From the NCBI GenBank assembly GCA_964531165.1, contig CAZHEA010000004.1:24476-88475 (forward strand): a DNA stretch of 64,000 bases. Direction: 5' to 3'. Position numbers and translations under genes: made by a program. The stretch's first letter is position 1. Every line of letters starts with the position of its first letter. Positions 10,108 through 20,083 of the stretch are shown here, one piece after another. This DNA is from an uncultured Thiotrichaceae bacterium. GTDB taxonomy: Bacteria > Pseudomonadota > Gammaproteobacteria > SZUA-229. A model generated the notes under the pieces. That model ran no database searches, was not told the origin of the DNA, and was given only the letters and a program-made list of their open reading frames with translations.

Positions 10108-11280
10108 TTATCGTTTTGTACTCACAAAATATTTACGTTTATATTCAGTGGCGAGGTTGATAGCGACTTTTTTATCCTCCTGAGTTAGTTTTTTATATAA
10201 TGAATTTTTAGTTTTACGGGCATCTTTGACGTTACTGGCGGCGGCAACATAAAACCAGGCGTAAGCAATAGCTGAATTGGGCGGGACTCCTCTGCCAGTG
10301 TAGTAGGCAACACCTAAATCCATCTGGGCTTTTCCATAACCTTTTTCTGCGGCTTTATGAAACCAGGCGACACCTTTTTTATAGTCTTTAGTGACGCTAT
10401 AGCCCTGTACATATGCGCGGCCCAGATTGTATTGAGCAGGGCTAAAGTCCTGTGCCGCTGCTTTTTGATACCAGCTAACCGCTTTATTTAGATTTTTTTT
10501 GCTGCCAATGCCTTTTTCAAGCATCGCTCCTGTTTGATTCTGGGCTTCAGCACTGCCCTGTTTAGCGGCTTTTAAATACCATTTAAACGCTTTGTGTTTG
10601 TCTTTTTTAACGACATCACTGTTCAGATAAAGTTGTGCAAGGTTGATTTGTGCATTCGTATTGCCTGCCAATGCGGCTTTTTCAAACCATTTTTTTGCCT
10701 GCTTGGGTTTCTTCTTGATGCCGTCACCGGCTATATACATTTGTGCAAGATTGTTCTGGGCTTCTGTGTGCCCCTGCTTCGCCGCTTTTTTATACCAGTA
10801 TGCTGCTTTACCTGAGGATTTAGATACGCCGTCACCATAAAAATAAAGTTTACCTAAAATATACTGAGCCTCTTTATCTTTCTGGCGAGCCGCTTTTAAG
10901 AACCAGTTAGCAGCCGATTTGAAGCTGCGTTTAACGCCGACACCTTTCAGATACATTTGGCCAATCAGCGTTTGTGCCGGAAGGTGATTCTGTTTGGCTG
11001 CTTTAATTATCCACTCAGCAGCCTCACTTGGGTCTTTACGTTGGCCTTTTTGATCAAGATACATTTTGCCGATATTGAACTGAGCTGCCGCATCGCCTTT
11101 TTCGGCAAGTGGAAACCACAGCATTAAAGCAGTAGCAAAATCATCGTTTTTATAGGCGTCGCTGGCTCTTTCAGCATCAGTGGGTGGTTTGATTTTTTTG
11201 GACTTATCGGCTGCACCTGAGATAGAGGTGAAGCTAAAGATAATTAGAAAGCACAGGAGTCGAAAAAGCACGGAAGTCAT
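10108..11280 (-). CDS. Secreted Sel1-repeat protein
   Basis: Signal peptide plus about eight AQxxLGxxYxxGxGV...A..W..KAA.QG repeats. Confidence 0.93.
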   Translation of the reverse strand: MTSVLFRLLCFLIIFSFTSISGAADKSKKIKPPTDAERASDAYKNDDFATALMLWFPLAEKGDAAAQFNIGKMYLDQKGQRKDPSEAAEWIIKAAKQNHLPAQTLIGQMYLKGVGVKRSFKSAANWFLKAARQKDKEAQYILGKLYFYGDGVSKSSGKAAYWYKKAAKQGHTEAQNNLAQMYIAGDGIKKKPKQAKKWFEKAALAGNTNAQINLAQLYLNSDVVKKDKHKAFKWYLKAAKQGSAEAQNQTGAMLEKGIGSKKNLNKAVSWYQKAAAQDFSPAQYNLGRAYVQGYSVTKDYKKGVAWFHKAAEKGYGKAQMDLGVAYYTGRGVPPNSAIAYAWFYVAAASNVKDARKTKNSLYKKLTQEDKKVAINLATEYKRKYFVSTKR

Positions 11281-11320
11281 AGTCTGGTTATTTTATTGTG
11301 TTAGATAACGTTAGAGTATA

Positions 11321-11346
11321 GAAAAGAAACGGCTGAATTTCAGCCG
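11321..11346 (-). terminator. Intrinsic terminator after thioredoxin gene
   Basis: CGGCTGAATTTCAGCCG palindrome followed on the minus strand by TTTCTTTTC. Confidence 0.6.
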
Positions 11347-11361
11347 ACAATCGACGGATGT

Positions 11362-11709
11362 TCAATTACTATGTTGCTGAATAAACTCGCGCATAAAATG
11401 CAGAGGCTTAGCACCACTAAAACGACCGCGTTCTTCACCGTCAATAAATAAAATGAGCGTTGGGAATCCGCGCACCTGATAACGCCCTGCCAGTTTCATG
11501 TTTTCATCTTCATCGACTTCAACTTTAGCGATGCCCAGACTGTCGTTAAACTCAAACGCGAGTTTTTCGAGCAGCGGTGCAATTACCCGGCAGGGTGAGC
11601 ACCACTCAGCCCATAAATCAACCAGTATGGGTTTGTTGTGGGAAGCGTCAATCACTAACGATTGAAAGCTGTCGAGATCAACTATAAAAATATTATCGGG
11701 CTTTGACAT
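11362..11709 (-). CDS. Thioredoxin family protein
   Basis: WAEWCSPC active site, RGFPTL cis-Pro motif. Confidence 0.92.
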   Translation of the reverse strand: MSKPDNIFIVDLDSFQSLVIDASHNKPILVDLWAEWCSPCRVIAPLLEKLAFEFNDSLGIAKVEVDEDENMKLAGRYQVRGFPTLILFIDGEERGRFSGAKPLHFMREFIQQHSN

Positions 11710-11772
11710 AAATAAACAGGTTTAATAAACAAAAATTGTGGATGAATAAAAGTGTTAATAATCCGCTAAAGT

Positions 11773-13182
11773 TTAACTCAATGGCTGTATTTCGAGGGGC
11801 CAGTGAGTTTCTTTGATGTTCAGTTTCGATTTCAAATGATATAAAGCGGCCTGTAATGCCTCTTCTATAACCGGGTGATAGAAAGGCATGCGCAGGACAT
11901 CGTGTACTGTCATTTGCATTTCAATGCACCAGCATAGTAAGTGTCCGAGGTTTTCACCTTTTACGCAGGCCATCGATGCACCGAGTAATTTTCCGCTGTT
12001 GATATCGGCATATACTCGTATGAGCCCGCGGTTTTTGCCCATGATTAATGCGCGTCCGACCGGTGCCATTTTAATTTCACCAATGGCGGTGGTGTCTGCA
12101 TCGAGTTCAGAGAGTTTTGCGCCTACTGTGACAATATTTGGTTCACAAAAAGAAATAGCCAGCGGGGTTTTAATTCTAAATTCAGTGGGGTTGGTTTGCA
12201 TAATATTGTAGCCTGCAACCCGGCCTTCAAAACCTGCTTCGTGTAAAATGGGTTTATCCGCATTACAGTCGCCAGCAATATAAATTGAGCTGTCACCTAA
12301 TTGCATGGTGTTGGGGTTATAAACTGGTACTCCATTGGCAGAAAGTTCAAGACCAGTGGATTCAAGGTTGAGCTTATCAATATTCGGGCGGCGGCCCATA
12401 CTGGCAAATATTTTTTCAACTTCAATGGTTTTATCTCCGCCACTGACCTGTAGATTACCATTTTTCAACAGGCTGATTTCAGCTGCATTGCCCAGCCATA
12501 ATGGGAACTCTCTGCTAATAACTTCGATGGCGGTTTTATTGACCTCGATATCATCCAGACCGCTGATAATATTCTGTTGATCTATACCGGTTACATTGAC
12601 TCCCAGTCGGCTGAGTGACTGGCCAATTTCAAGGCCGATAACGCCCAGACCGATTACGGCAATGGATTCGGGTAAGGTTTCCAGCTCAAATATTTCATCA
12701 GTGGTTAAGATTTTATCAGCAAATTCATTCCATGCGGCAGGAATAATAGGGCGAGAACCGGTGGCAATAATAATGCGTCTGGCTTTTATGATGTCACCGG
12801 TTTCGGTTTCTAATGTGTTTGCATCAATAAAATGAACATTAGACTCGATGAGCTTGTCTTCAGGTAATATGTCAATGGAATTAGATAGTGTCTGGTCGAC
12901 AAAGGTGTCACGCAGATCCTGCACGTGCTCCATTGCATCTTCTTCGTTAATAGTGAGATGTTCTTTACCTTCTATGCCTTCGCGATCAAAGATAGTGCGG
13001 CGATGAAAGTCTTCGGCAACCTGAATCATGACTTTTGATGGCATGCAGCCGACTCTTGCACAGGTAGTACCCAGTTCGCCACCGTCGATTAAAACAAAAT
13101 TATCGGTGAAACGTTTTATCTGGCTCATGCAATACAGGCCGGCACTGCCCGCACCAATAATCGCAACTTCTACTTCTCTCAT
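11773..13182 (-). CDS. Dihydrolipoyl dehydrogenase-like flavoprotein disulfide reductase (stand-alone)
   Basis: GAGSAG FAD motif, GTTCARVGCMPSK disulfide, GLGVIGLE, C-terminal YHPVIEE. Confidence 0.88.
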   Translation of the reverse strand: MREVEVAIIGAGSAGLYCMSQIKRFTDNFVLIDGGELGTTCARVGCMPSKVMIQVAEDFHRRTIFDREGIEGKEHLTINEEDAMEHVQDLRDTFVDQTLSNSIDILPEDKLIESNVHFIDANTLETETGDIIKARRIIIATGSRPIIPAAWNEFADKILTTDEIFELETLPESIAVIGLGVIGLEIGQSLSRLGVNVTGIDQQNIISGLDDIEVNKTAIEVISREFPLWLGNAAEISLLKNGNLQVSGGDKTIEVEKIFASMGRRPNIDKLNLESTGLELSANGVPVYNPNTMQLGDSSIYIAGDCNADKPILHEAGFEGRVAGYNIMQTNPTEFRIKTPLAISFCEPNIVTVGAKLSELDADTTAIGEIKMAPVGRALIMGKNRGLIRVYADINSGKLLGASMACVKGENLGHLLCWCIEMQMTVHDVLRMPFYHPVIEEALQAALYHLKSKLNIKETHWPLEIQPLS

Positions 13183-13209
13183 GGGAATATCCTGCTGGTG
13201 TTAAAAAAT

Positions 13210-13773
13210 TTAATAAAAAGTGGTAGTGGTGATGTTGTCTTCATCGCGAATCATTTCACCGTTATGGATTTTAAACTGACCATTTTTTTTATCGGTAAAA
13301 TATAAATTTAAACTTTGTTTGATAACAGGAAAGGCCAGATGCTCCCAGTCAATGTCATGTTCGCTGAAAAGTTTTGTTTCCAGACTTTCCGTGCCTGGCT
13401 CAGAGAAACCATTGGCAAGTTGACCGCGGTACATAATGTAAACCTGTGATATGTGTGGAATACTAATGGTGCAGAAGAGCTGACTGTTATTGATTTTGGC
13501 GGTGGCTTCTTCAAAGGTTTCACGCTGTGCGGCTTCGAGTGTGGTTTCGTTGTTTTCCATAAAGCCGGCGGGCAGTGTCCATTGGCCAATACGTGGCTCG
13601 ATAGCGCGTTTACACAGCAAAATTTTGTTATCGTGTTCGGCAATGCAGCCGGCAATAATGCGCGGGTTTTGATAATGAATAAAATCACACACGGTGCACA
13701 CATAGCGCGGGCGGTTATCTCCTTCTGGAGTGGTAAGCTCTACCGCTTCACCACAGTGATTACAAAAATTCAT
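13210..13773 (-). CDS. Nudix hydrolase with N-terminal zinc ribbon
   Basis: CxxC...CxxC plus PAGFMENNETTLEAAQRETFEEA Nudix box. Confidence 0.9.
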   Translation of the reverse strand: MNFCNHCGEAVELTTPEGDNRPRYVCTVCDFIHYQNPRIIAGCIAEHDNKILLCKRAIEPRIGQWTLPAGFMENNETTLEAAQRETFEEATAKINNSQLFCTISIPHISQVYIMYRGQLANGFSEPGTESLETKLFSEHDIDWEHLAFPVIKQSLNLYFTDKKNGQFKIHNGEMIRDEDNITTTTFY

Positions 13774-13775
13774 TG

Positions 13776-14321
13776 TTAAAGTCCTTCGGGGTATTGACGC
13801 AGGGTGAGTGTATTGCCGCGTTGGCTAAATTCAAGGTGTTTTAAAAAACTCATCCCCAGCAGTATTTCATCACTTGTGTAACCCGGATTAATCGTAGCAC
13901 GAATATTGCTCAGTTTAATATCACCGAGGGATATTTCATTGAGGCGGGTCAGGTAAACTTGTGCATCGCCATTGGCTGTTTGATAGGTCGCAGCAGGCCC
14001 ACGGCGTAAATTAAGACGACGGGCAATCGCTTCGGGTATTGCTACATCGGTGGCACCGGTGTCTAGCATGAATGTCACCGGCTGAGAGTTAATACGGCCA
14101 TCGGCCACATAATGTCCCATTCGATTTCGCTGAAGTACCAGTTCCTTAATATCCCCGCTTAAAATAAGTGTATTAACTGATTGATTAGGGTTGTTCTGTT
14201 TGTCGAGAATATTAGAAAAAAACACCCCGAGTGCAGCAAATATACCCACCCACATCAGCCCCAGCATAACTGCACCGATCTTTTTTTGTTGCGAATGTTG
14301 AGGGGTTTGATTGTCTTGCAT
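13776..14321 (-). CDS. Membrane-anchored clan AA (retropepsin-like) aspartic protease
   Basis: N-terminal TM, FMLDTGAT, TANG flap, LLGMSFL. Confidence 0.92.
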   Translation of the reverse strand: MQDNQTPQHSQQKKIGAVMLGLMWVGIFAALGVFFSNILDKQNNPNQSVNTLILSGDIKELVLQRNRMGHYVADGRINSQPVTFMLDTGATDVAIPEAIARRLNLRRGPAATYQTANGDAQVYLTRLNEISLGDIKLSNIRATINPGYTSDEILLGMSFLKHLEFSQRGNTLTLRQYPEGL

Positions 14322-14388
14322 TGATACTTTATTTTAAGAAGGTTAGCTTGAAGACAATACTATCTGAAAAATGTCCTAAAATCAGTAA

Positions 14389-14754
14389 ATGGATACAGTA
14401 GAAAAAAGACGCGGACAGTGCCGCTACACCCGGCACGATAAATTATTTGTGCAGTTGCTCGTGGTCAGTGAAAAAGTTGATGTCAGCAAAGTGACACTAC
14501 TTTGTCATAGTTGTGATGCATCTATCAATGGTCTGAAAATTGAGATTGATCGTGAGCTGCCGGTTGATAGACCGGTAGATTTATGGATGGAATTTGACGG
14601 GCTGGATAAAAAGTTCTATCTGCGTGGTCATATATGCTGGTGCTGTGAATCTGCAGATTCTGTTGATCTGTATCAGCTAGGCGTTGAACTGGAAGATGCT
14701 CATGCAACAGATTATACCGACTGGATTGAACTACTCGCTAATTTTTCAGATTAA
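14389..14754 (+). CDS. Single-domain PilZ protein
   Basis: EKRRGQCR and DASING motifs; paralogous to 4922..5287. Confidence 0.8.
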   Translation: MDTVEKRRGQCRYTRHDKLFVQLLVVSEKVDVSKVTLLCHSCDASINGLKIEIDRELPVDRPVDLWMEFDGLDKKFYLRGHICWCCESADSVDLYQLGVELEDAHATDYTDWIELLANFSD

Positions 14755-14906
14755 CTAAGCCATTCTATAACCGTATTGTTGATCACATTTATGATGTAAA
14801 TTCATCATTTTGTTATATCAGCTATGTTATATTCGCGCCACAATTTAACGAATCAATTTATACATATCATTTTTATCCTGATTTTTAAAATGAGGAGGGG
14901 AATATC

Positions 14907-15584
14907 TTGTCTGAAGAAGAGAATACGCTACAGGAGAATGAGCTGGAAGAGCTGGTACTGCGCGAAAGCATTGTCAGTGCCACCGGTTTGAATGAGGGTA
15001 GCCTGCAAATTGGCATCAAGGGCGACCCGTCGTTGCGGGAAACTTCACTGGATCGTAAGCGTTATGAAAGTCCGGTGGATAAGGTAATTGTACCGTTGAT
15101 GGAAAATCTTGATGAGCTGATGTTAAATCGCAGTTGCTATCGAATTTTTATCGGTTTTAATAGTGGTGAAGTACGCACCAACTCTATTTTTGATCCATTA
15201 CGTGAAGAAATCCATTCTTCAGAAAAACTTGCGGATAAGGCATATCTTGATCGGCACTTCCCTAAAATTACTTACGCTGAAAAAATACAGGCGATGCGTA
15301 ATATTTATAGCTCGATACAGAGTAGCGAGCTATTTAATTCGGTTCCGGGATACTGGAAAAGTATATTTAATAAACGCCATCAGACCTGGGAGCCGATGAC
15401 ACGCGATGAAATTCATACCATTATGTCATCAATAACCGTCATGCGAGATCTACCAGATTTTTATTTACGTAATATTACCATTTGTATTGTGCAGGATTTA
15501 GTCCGCATGCAGTTTAACTGTGATGGTACGCAAATTATCAGTGCGGAAAATTATCAAAAATTTATTGAAGATAATATGCCATGA
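14907..15584 (+). CDS. Hypothetical cytoplasmic protein
   Basis: 225 aa ORF, strong GAGGAGGG RBS before TTG start; no recognisable family. Confidence 0.75.
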   Translation: MSEEENTLQENELEELVLRESIVSATGLNEGSLQIGIKGDPSLRETSLDRKRYESPVDKVIVPLMENLDELMLNRSCYRIFIGFNSGEVRTNSIFDPLREEIHSSEKLADKAYLDRHFPKITYAEKIQAMRNIYSSIQSSELFNSVPGYWKSIFNKRHQTWEPMTRDEIHTIMSSITVMRDLPDFYLRNITICIVQDLVRMQFNCDGTQIISAENYQKFIEDNMP

Positions 15585-15745
15585 AAGGTTGTTAGGGCTA
15601 GAGTTTGTTTTTCAATGACCGCTTTTACTCATCTATGCTTACATTGAGTTAGTGCGCATCAATGCGAAAAGTTTTAGTGCAGTCAGTGAACTGCGGTAAA
15701 AAAATTCGGCAATGACGATGCCGGTTTTATTTTACCGAAATCAAT

Positions 15746-16084
15746 TTATTTTAATGTAGCGCCCGCCAGTAAATCATCAAATGGCGAAGTTTGAATCGGG
15801 CCGATTTCAATGACTATTGTTTCATCTAACGGAATCTCATCCGACTCAAGGTGCGGCAATATTTCCTCAGATACTTGCATAATGGTAATCATGCCCTGCT
15901 GATTATTGGCATCACTTTCTGCATCTATGCTTTTCTGTAAATCGCTCAGGTATTCTTTAACCGTTATTAATCGAGCGGGTAAGTCCTGCTGTTGAAAAGC
16001 GGGCTTGAATCCGAGATGCAATTCTCGCAAACCAGTTTCACTATTGTCATTAATGGCTATTGTAAACGGGCCTTGTATTTCCAC
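15746..16084 (-). CDS. Hypothetical acidic protein
   Basis: ORF open to 16132; GTG 16084 is the likelier start; follows djlA co-directionally. Confidence 0.7.
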   Translation of the reverse strand: MEIQGPFTIAINDNSETGLRELHLGFKPAFQQQDLPARLITVKEYLSDLQKSIDAESDANNQQGMITIMQVSEEILPHLESDEIPLDETIVIEIGPIQTSPFDDLLAGATLK

Positions 16085-16168
16085 TGTAATCACCGGGTTA
16101 TATTTAAAATGAAAATAAATTTTAGCAAACAAATGACATCAGTGGTGATGTTTATTTGCAACTATTTC

Positions 16169-16945
16169 TTATCTGCTGTTTTTTATCTGATCATAGGCGG
16201 CTTTAATCTCCGCAGTTTTCTGATTCGCCAGTTTAATCATTTCCTCTGGCATGCCTTTGGCAACCAGTTTATCAGGATGATGTTGGCTCATTAAACGTCG
16301 GTAGCTTTTCTTCAGAGTGCTGTCAGAGACTTCGCTATCCACTCCCAGTACGGCATAGGCCTGACTTAAGCTGGGCTGTGCCGATGTGTTTACTGAGTGT
16401 TGTGAGTATTGTTGCTGTGCGCTTACCCTATTAATTATCTGATCGAGCTGTGCGGCTGAAAAGCCAATTTGCTGAGCAATGTGTTGCAGCGCTGCATGTT
16501 CAGCCCGGTCAAGCTTGTTGTCGGCATAAGCGGTTGCAATTAATATTTCCAGAAACATCTGCAGCAGATTGGTGCGTCGGTGACTTTCCTTTTTAAACTG
16601 CTCAAGCACCTCGTCGAGGGGAAAGTCATTTTGTTTGCCCTGGTTAAATAAATCAATAGCCGCCTTGCGCTGATTAGCATCTAAATTCATCTGCCCCATA
16701 ATGTTCTCGGCCATCTGAATTTCACTGCGTGATACCGTGCCATCAGCTTTAGCCAGATACCCCATCACGGAAAAAACCGTAGTGAAAAAAGCCAGTTGTA
16801 CGCGTTCGGTATTGCCGGGCTCGAGGCCGGCGATATTCAGTCCTTTATCAAGCTGGTGACCCACCGCCATACCCATCAGGGCACCCAGTGGCCCGCCCAG
16901 CATAAAGCCAAAGCCGCCGCCAACAATTTTTCCCCACCAGCTCAT
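16169..16945 (-). CDS. djlA: Co-chaperone DjlA
   Basis: WWGKIVGG N-terminal TM, TerB-like middle (AKADG.VS), C-terminal J domain with HHPDK. Confidence 0.96.
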   Translation of the reverse strand: MSWWGKIVGGGFGFMLGGPLGALMGMAVGHQLDKGLNIAGLEPGNTERVQLAFFTTVFSVMGYLAKADGTVSRSEIQMAENIMGQMNLDANQRKAAIDLFNQGKQNDFPLDEVLEQFKKESHRRTNLLQMFLEILIATAYADNKLDRAEHAALQHIAQQIGFSAAQLDQIINRVSAQQQYSQHSVNTSAQPSLSQAYAVLGVDSEVSDSTLKKSYRRLMSQHHPDKLVAKGMPEEMIKLANQKTAEIKAAYDQIKNSR

Positions 16946-17034
16946 GATGCTAACCTGTATTTCAGAGTGGCTGCAGGACGGTAGAAGCGATGTCTATTTA
17001 GTCTGTATTTGTGTGTATTCATTTTCATGTTCTT

Positions 17035-17286
17035 TTATTTTTTAAGCGACTTAAAGTCTTCGCCCAGTTGAGATCCTGTCCTTGTGACCGTTAGTGCGTG
17101 TAAAGATTCATCATCCGGAAACATTCGGCGTAAATCATCCAGTGTCAGCGATGAGCCTTTACGATCAAATTCAGCCCAGATAGCATCCCAGCGCGTATCG
17201 TCAAAATAAAATCCAACCGGTAGCATCGCCACCGGCAAATTATTAAAGTCGGTAATGACTTTGGGTTCAGTGAGCTTTCCGGCCAT
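17035..17286 (-). CDS. Small hypothetical protein coupled to the TRAP operon
   Basis: 83 aa; ATG one base after the dctM stop. Confidence 0.7.
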   Translation of the reverse strand: MAGKLTEPKVITDFNNLPVAMLPVGFYFDDTRWDAIWAEFDRKGSSLTLDDLRRMFPDDESLHALTVTRTGSQLGEDFKSLKK

Positions 17287-17287
17287 G

Positions 17288-18544
17288 CTATTTCCACCAT
17301 AAAGTTAATGCAGGTATATAGGATATCATAAGCAGCCAGATAAGCATGATGACTAAAAAGGGCAGGGTTGCGCGGAACAGGGTGAGAATGTTTTTGCCAA
17401 AGCGTTGAGAGGCGATAAATAAATTAATTCCCACCGGCGGTGTCATATAGCCGATTTCCAGATTGGCCAGAAACAGAATGCCGAGGTGTACGGGATCAAT
17501 ATTATAACGCAGAGCAAGAGGCATGATTAGCGGAACCACCACCACGATGGCTGAAAAAATATCCATCATTGCACCTATGAGCAATAAGAAGATATTCAGC
17601 AACAGCAAAAACTGCAATTGACTATCGATATGGCTCTCAATGAGTGTCAGTAATTTTGTCGGTAGCTGGGTATCTATTAACAGGTTTGTCAGCCCCATTG
17701 CCATTCCTAGTATCACTAGAATGCTACCAACTAAAATGGATGTGTCGGTAAGTATTTTCGGCAGGTCTTTAGCGAGTTTTATCTGTTTGTAAATGCGGGT
17801 TTCTATAAATAAAGCATAGGCGGCGGTAACGGCAGCGGCTTCGGTTACGGTAACAAAACCACCGAAGATGCCGGTAATAATAAATACCGGTAAGAAAATA
17901 TCCCACTTGCTGGCATTGACGGCGCTAACCAGTTGGTGGGCTGAAAATTGTTGCTGAGGATGATGCCATGCGAGAGATGATTTGTAGCTATACAGTGACA
18001 ACATAATTAATAAAATAATTCCCGGTACGATACCGGCTAAAAATAGATCGTCAATATTGGTGCCGGAGACAATGCCATACAAAAGAATCGCCAGACTGGG
18101 TGGAAATAATAAACCCAAAGAACCGGAGGATGTTAGTAGGCCTAAAGAAAAATTTTCTGAATAGTTAGCTTTGATAAATAACGGGTAGAGCAGTCCACCC
18201 AGGGCGATAATAGTAACCCCGGATGCGCCGGTGAAAGCGGTGAAAAATGAGCAGGAAACAATGGCTGCGATAGAAAGTCCACCGGGCATCCAGCCGAGCA
18301 GTGCATTAAATAAAGTGAGCAAACGATTTGCACTGCCACCTGCGGCCATTACCATGCCGGCAAATGTGAATAATGGAATGGTGATTAAATTTGGCTGGTT
18401 GGCCAGTCGGTATAATTCAATAATTAAAATAACCGGGTTCAGCTCGGATTCGATGCTGGCATAAATGCCTCCGGCAGCTAATACAATAAACAGGGGTAGG
18501 CCAACGATGGCGAGTAAAAATAATGCTATTAACAAAATAGACAT
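17288..18544 (-). CDS. dctM: TRAP transporter large permease (DctM)
   Basis: Polytopic; IPLFTFAG, GSLGLLFPPS, IDPVHLG, TPPVGINLF. Confidence 0.93.
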   Translation of the reverse strand: MSILLIALFLLAIVGLPLFIVLAAGGIYASIESELNPVILIIELYRLANQPNLITIPLFTFAGMVMAAGGSANRLLTLFNALLGWMPGGLSIAAIVSCSFFTAFTGASGVTIIALGGLLYPLFIKANYSENFSLGLLTSSGSLGLLFPPSLAILLYGIVSGTNIDDLFLAGIVPGIILLIMLSLYSYKSSLAWHHPQQQFSAHQLVSAVNASKWDIFLPVFIITGIFGGFVTVTEAAAVTAAYALFIETRIYKQIKLAKDLPKILTDTSILVGSILVILGMAMGLTNLLIDTQLPTKLLTLIESHIDSQLQFLLLLNIFLLLIGAMMDIFSAIVVVVPLIMPLALRYNIDPVHLGILFLANLEIGYMTPPVGINLFIASQRFGKNILTLFRATLPFLVIMLIWLLMISYIPALTLWWK

Positions 18545-19032
18545 TAGTTACTTTTAGGTAGTTTTAAAGTAAATGAACTTAAGAAAAAATGCAGGCTAAG
18601 GGTGAAGAAACCCAGAGGGACAACCAGAGCAAGATATAATGCCAGTTGCTCATTGGCGGGTGCGTAGCGATACTCGTCTAGCCAGAATTGCAATGCATAC
18701 CAGAGCGAGATGCTACAAATGACGCCGCTAACTATACTAAGCGGTTGCTTAAGTTTCTGTTTAAGCGCGGGGTCAAGCAGGCTGTTGATAAAGTCCATTT
18801 TGATATGCTGACTGTTCTCGCAGGCCAGTGCTGCACCCATAAAAGTAATAAATAAAACCAGATGCCGGGATATAACATCAATATCAGAAAACCCTAGCTC
18901 AAAGACATTGCGTAGAATAACCTGTGAAAGCGATAATATGAGTAACAGTAGTAAGCTGGTCGCTGCAATAAACTTCTCCATTTGGATAAGTTTATTTTTC
19001 ATGGTTAGAATTAAATTTTCCTGAACTGACAT
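18544..19032 (-). CDS. dctQ: TRAP transporter small permease (DctQ)
   Basis: Four TM helices, QVILRN and HIKMD motifs, located between dctP and dctM. Confidence 0.88.
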   Translation of the reverse strand: MSVQENLILTMKNKLIQMEKFIAATSLLLLLILSLSQVILRNVFELGFSDIDVISRHLVLFITFMGAALACENSQHIKMDFINSLLDPALKQKLKQPLSIVSGVICSISLWYALQFWLDEYRYAPANEQLALYLALVVPLGFFTLSLHFFLSSFTLKLPKSN

Positions 19033-19057
19033 GGTGTAGGGGTTCTGATGGAATTAT

Positions 19058-20083
19058 TTAATGTTGTTTTCGATAATTTTCTAAAAGTTTTTTAGCCTGA
19101 GTAAAGTTTTCTTCCGGAATATAGCCGGACTCTGCCAGGTCTTTAGCAGCCTGGTCTCGAATAATCAGCATCTGTGACTTCTCATCGTCACTCCAGTCCC
19201 ACATAAATTTTATACCACTTTTTTTCAGTAGCTGTATACTTTTTTTGTTGTCTCGACGAGACACCAGATTGATCTCGGCCCCGACCGCTTTGCCGGTGGT
19301 TTGAAGTAGTGTTTGTAAATCGGTGGGTAAGCTTTTAAAGAAACGCTGACTGACTATGAGTCCGCCGATGCCGTTGGTGATCGGAATGTTGGATGCATAT
19401 TTTAATTTTGTGTGCCACTGCATAGCCAGTGCACCGAAAGGGGAATTATAAACGGTGTCGATGCTGCCATGACTGGCTGAGAGTTGAGTGTAAACATCCA
19501 TAATAGATAATGGCACAGGGGATACTCCCGCTGCTTTGGAAAAAGCTTGACCCATTGGGTCGCCTTGCCATAGCCAGATGTGACGTTGCTTTAGCTGTTC
19601 CAGTGAGTTGATCGGCAGTTTGGAAAAAAAGTGTAGAAAGCCTATTTCTGGCCAGCCGATTAATTCGAAGCCTTTTTCTCTAAAACCATTTTCAATATCC
19701 GGCATGATTTGCTTACGCACGTAATCAGATTCATCTGTGTTGCGAAATAAAAATGGCATTTCCAGAACTCGAGCCGGTGAATAAATGCGGCCTATGCCAT
19801 AACCGGTGAAGAAAGCCCCCTGTAATTGTCGACTGCGAATTTTTCTCAAAACATCGGGCTCATCACCCATCACTCCACCCGGGTAAATTTTTAGTTTCAG
19901 CCGGCCGTTACTTTTCGTCTGTAATTCTTTAGACCAGTTTTGAACGATTTTCATCCATGCTGTATCAGCCGGAATGAGAGAGGCGAATTTCAAGGTGTAG
20001 TTTTTTTCGGCATGTGCAGAACTGAAAATTAATAGAAAGAGTAAGGTTGATTTAAGCAGTGTCGTCGCTATTTTTAAAACCAT
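19058..20083 (-). CDS. dctP: TRAP substrate-binding protein (DctP/TatP type)
   Basis: Signal peptide, LKFASLIP, SNGRLKLKIYPGGVMGDE. Confidence 0.92.
   Translation of the reverse strand: MVLKIATTLLKSTLLFLLIFSSAHAEKNYTLKFASLIPADTAWMKIVQNWSKELQTKSNGRLKLKIYPGGVMGDEPDVLRKIRSRQLQGAFFTGYGIGRIYSPARVLEMPFLFRNTDESDYVRKQIMPDIENGFREKGFELIGWPEIGFLHFFSKLPINSLEQLKQRHIWLWQGDPMGQAFSKAAGVSPVPLSIMDVYTQLSASHGSIDTVYNSPFGALAMQWHTKLKYASNIPITNGIGGLIVSQRFFKSLPTDLQTLLQTTGKAVGAEINLVSRRDNKKSIQLLKKSGIKFMWDWSDDEKSQMLIIRDQAAKDLAESGYIPEENFTQAKKLLENYRKQH

Noticed and set aside
10108-11280. Periodic DNA similarity suggesting a repeat array
   Set aside because: Explained by Sel1 protein repeats; not CRISPR
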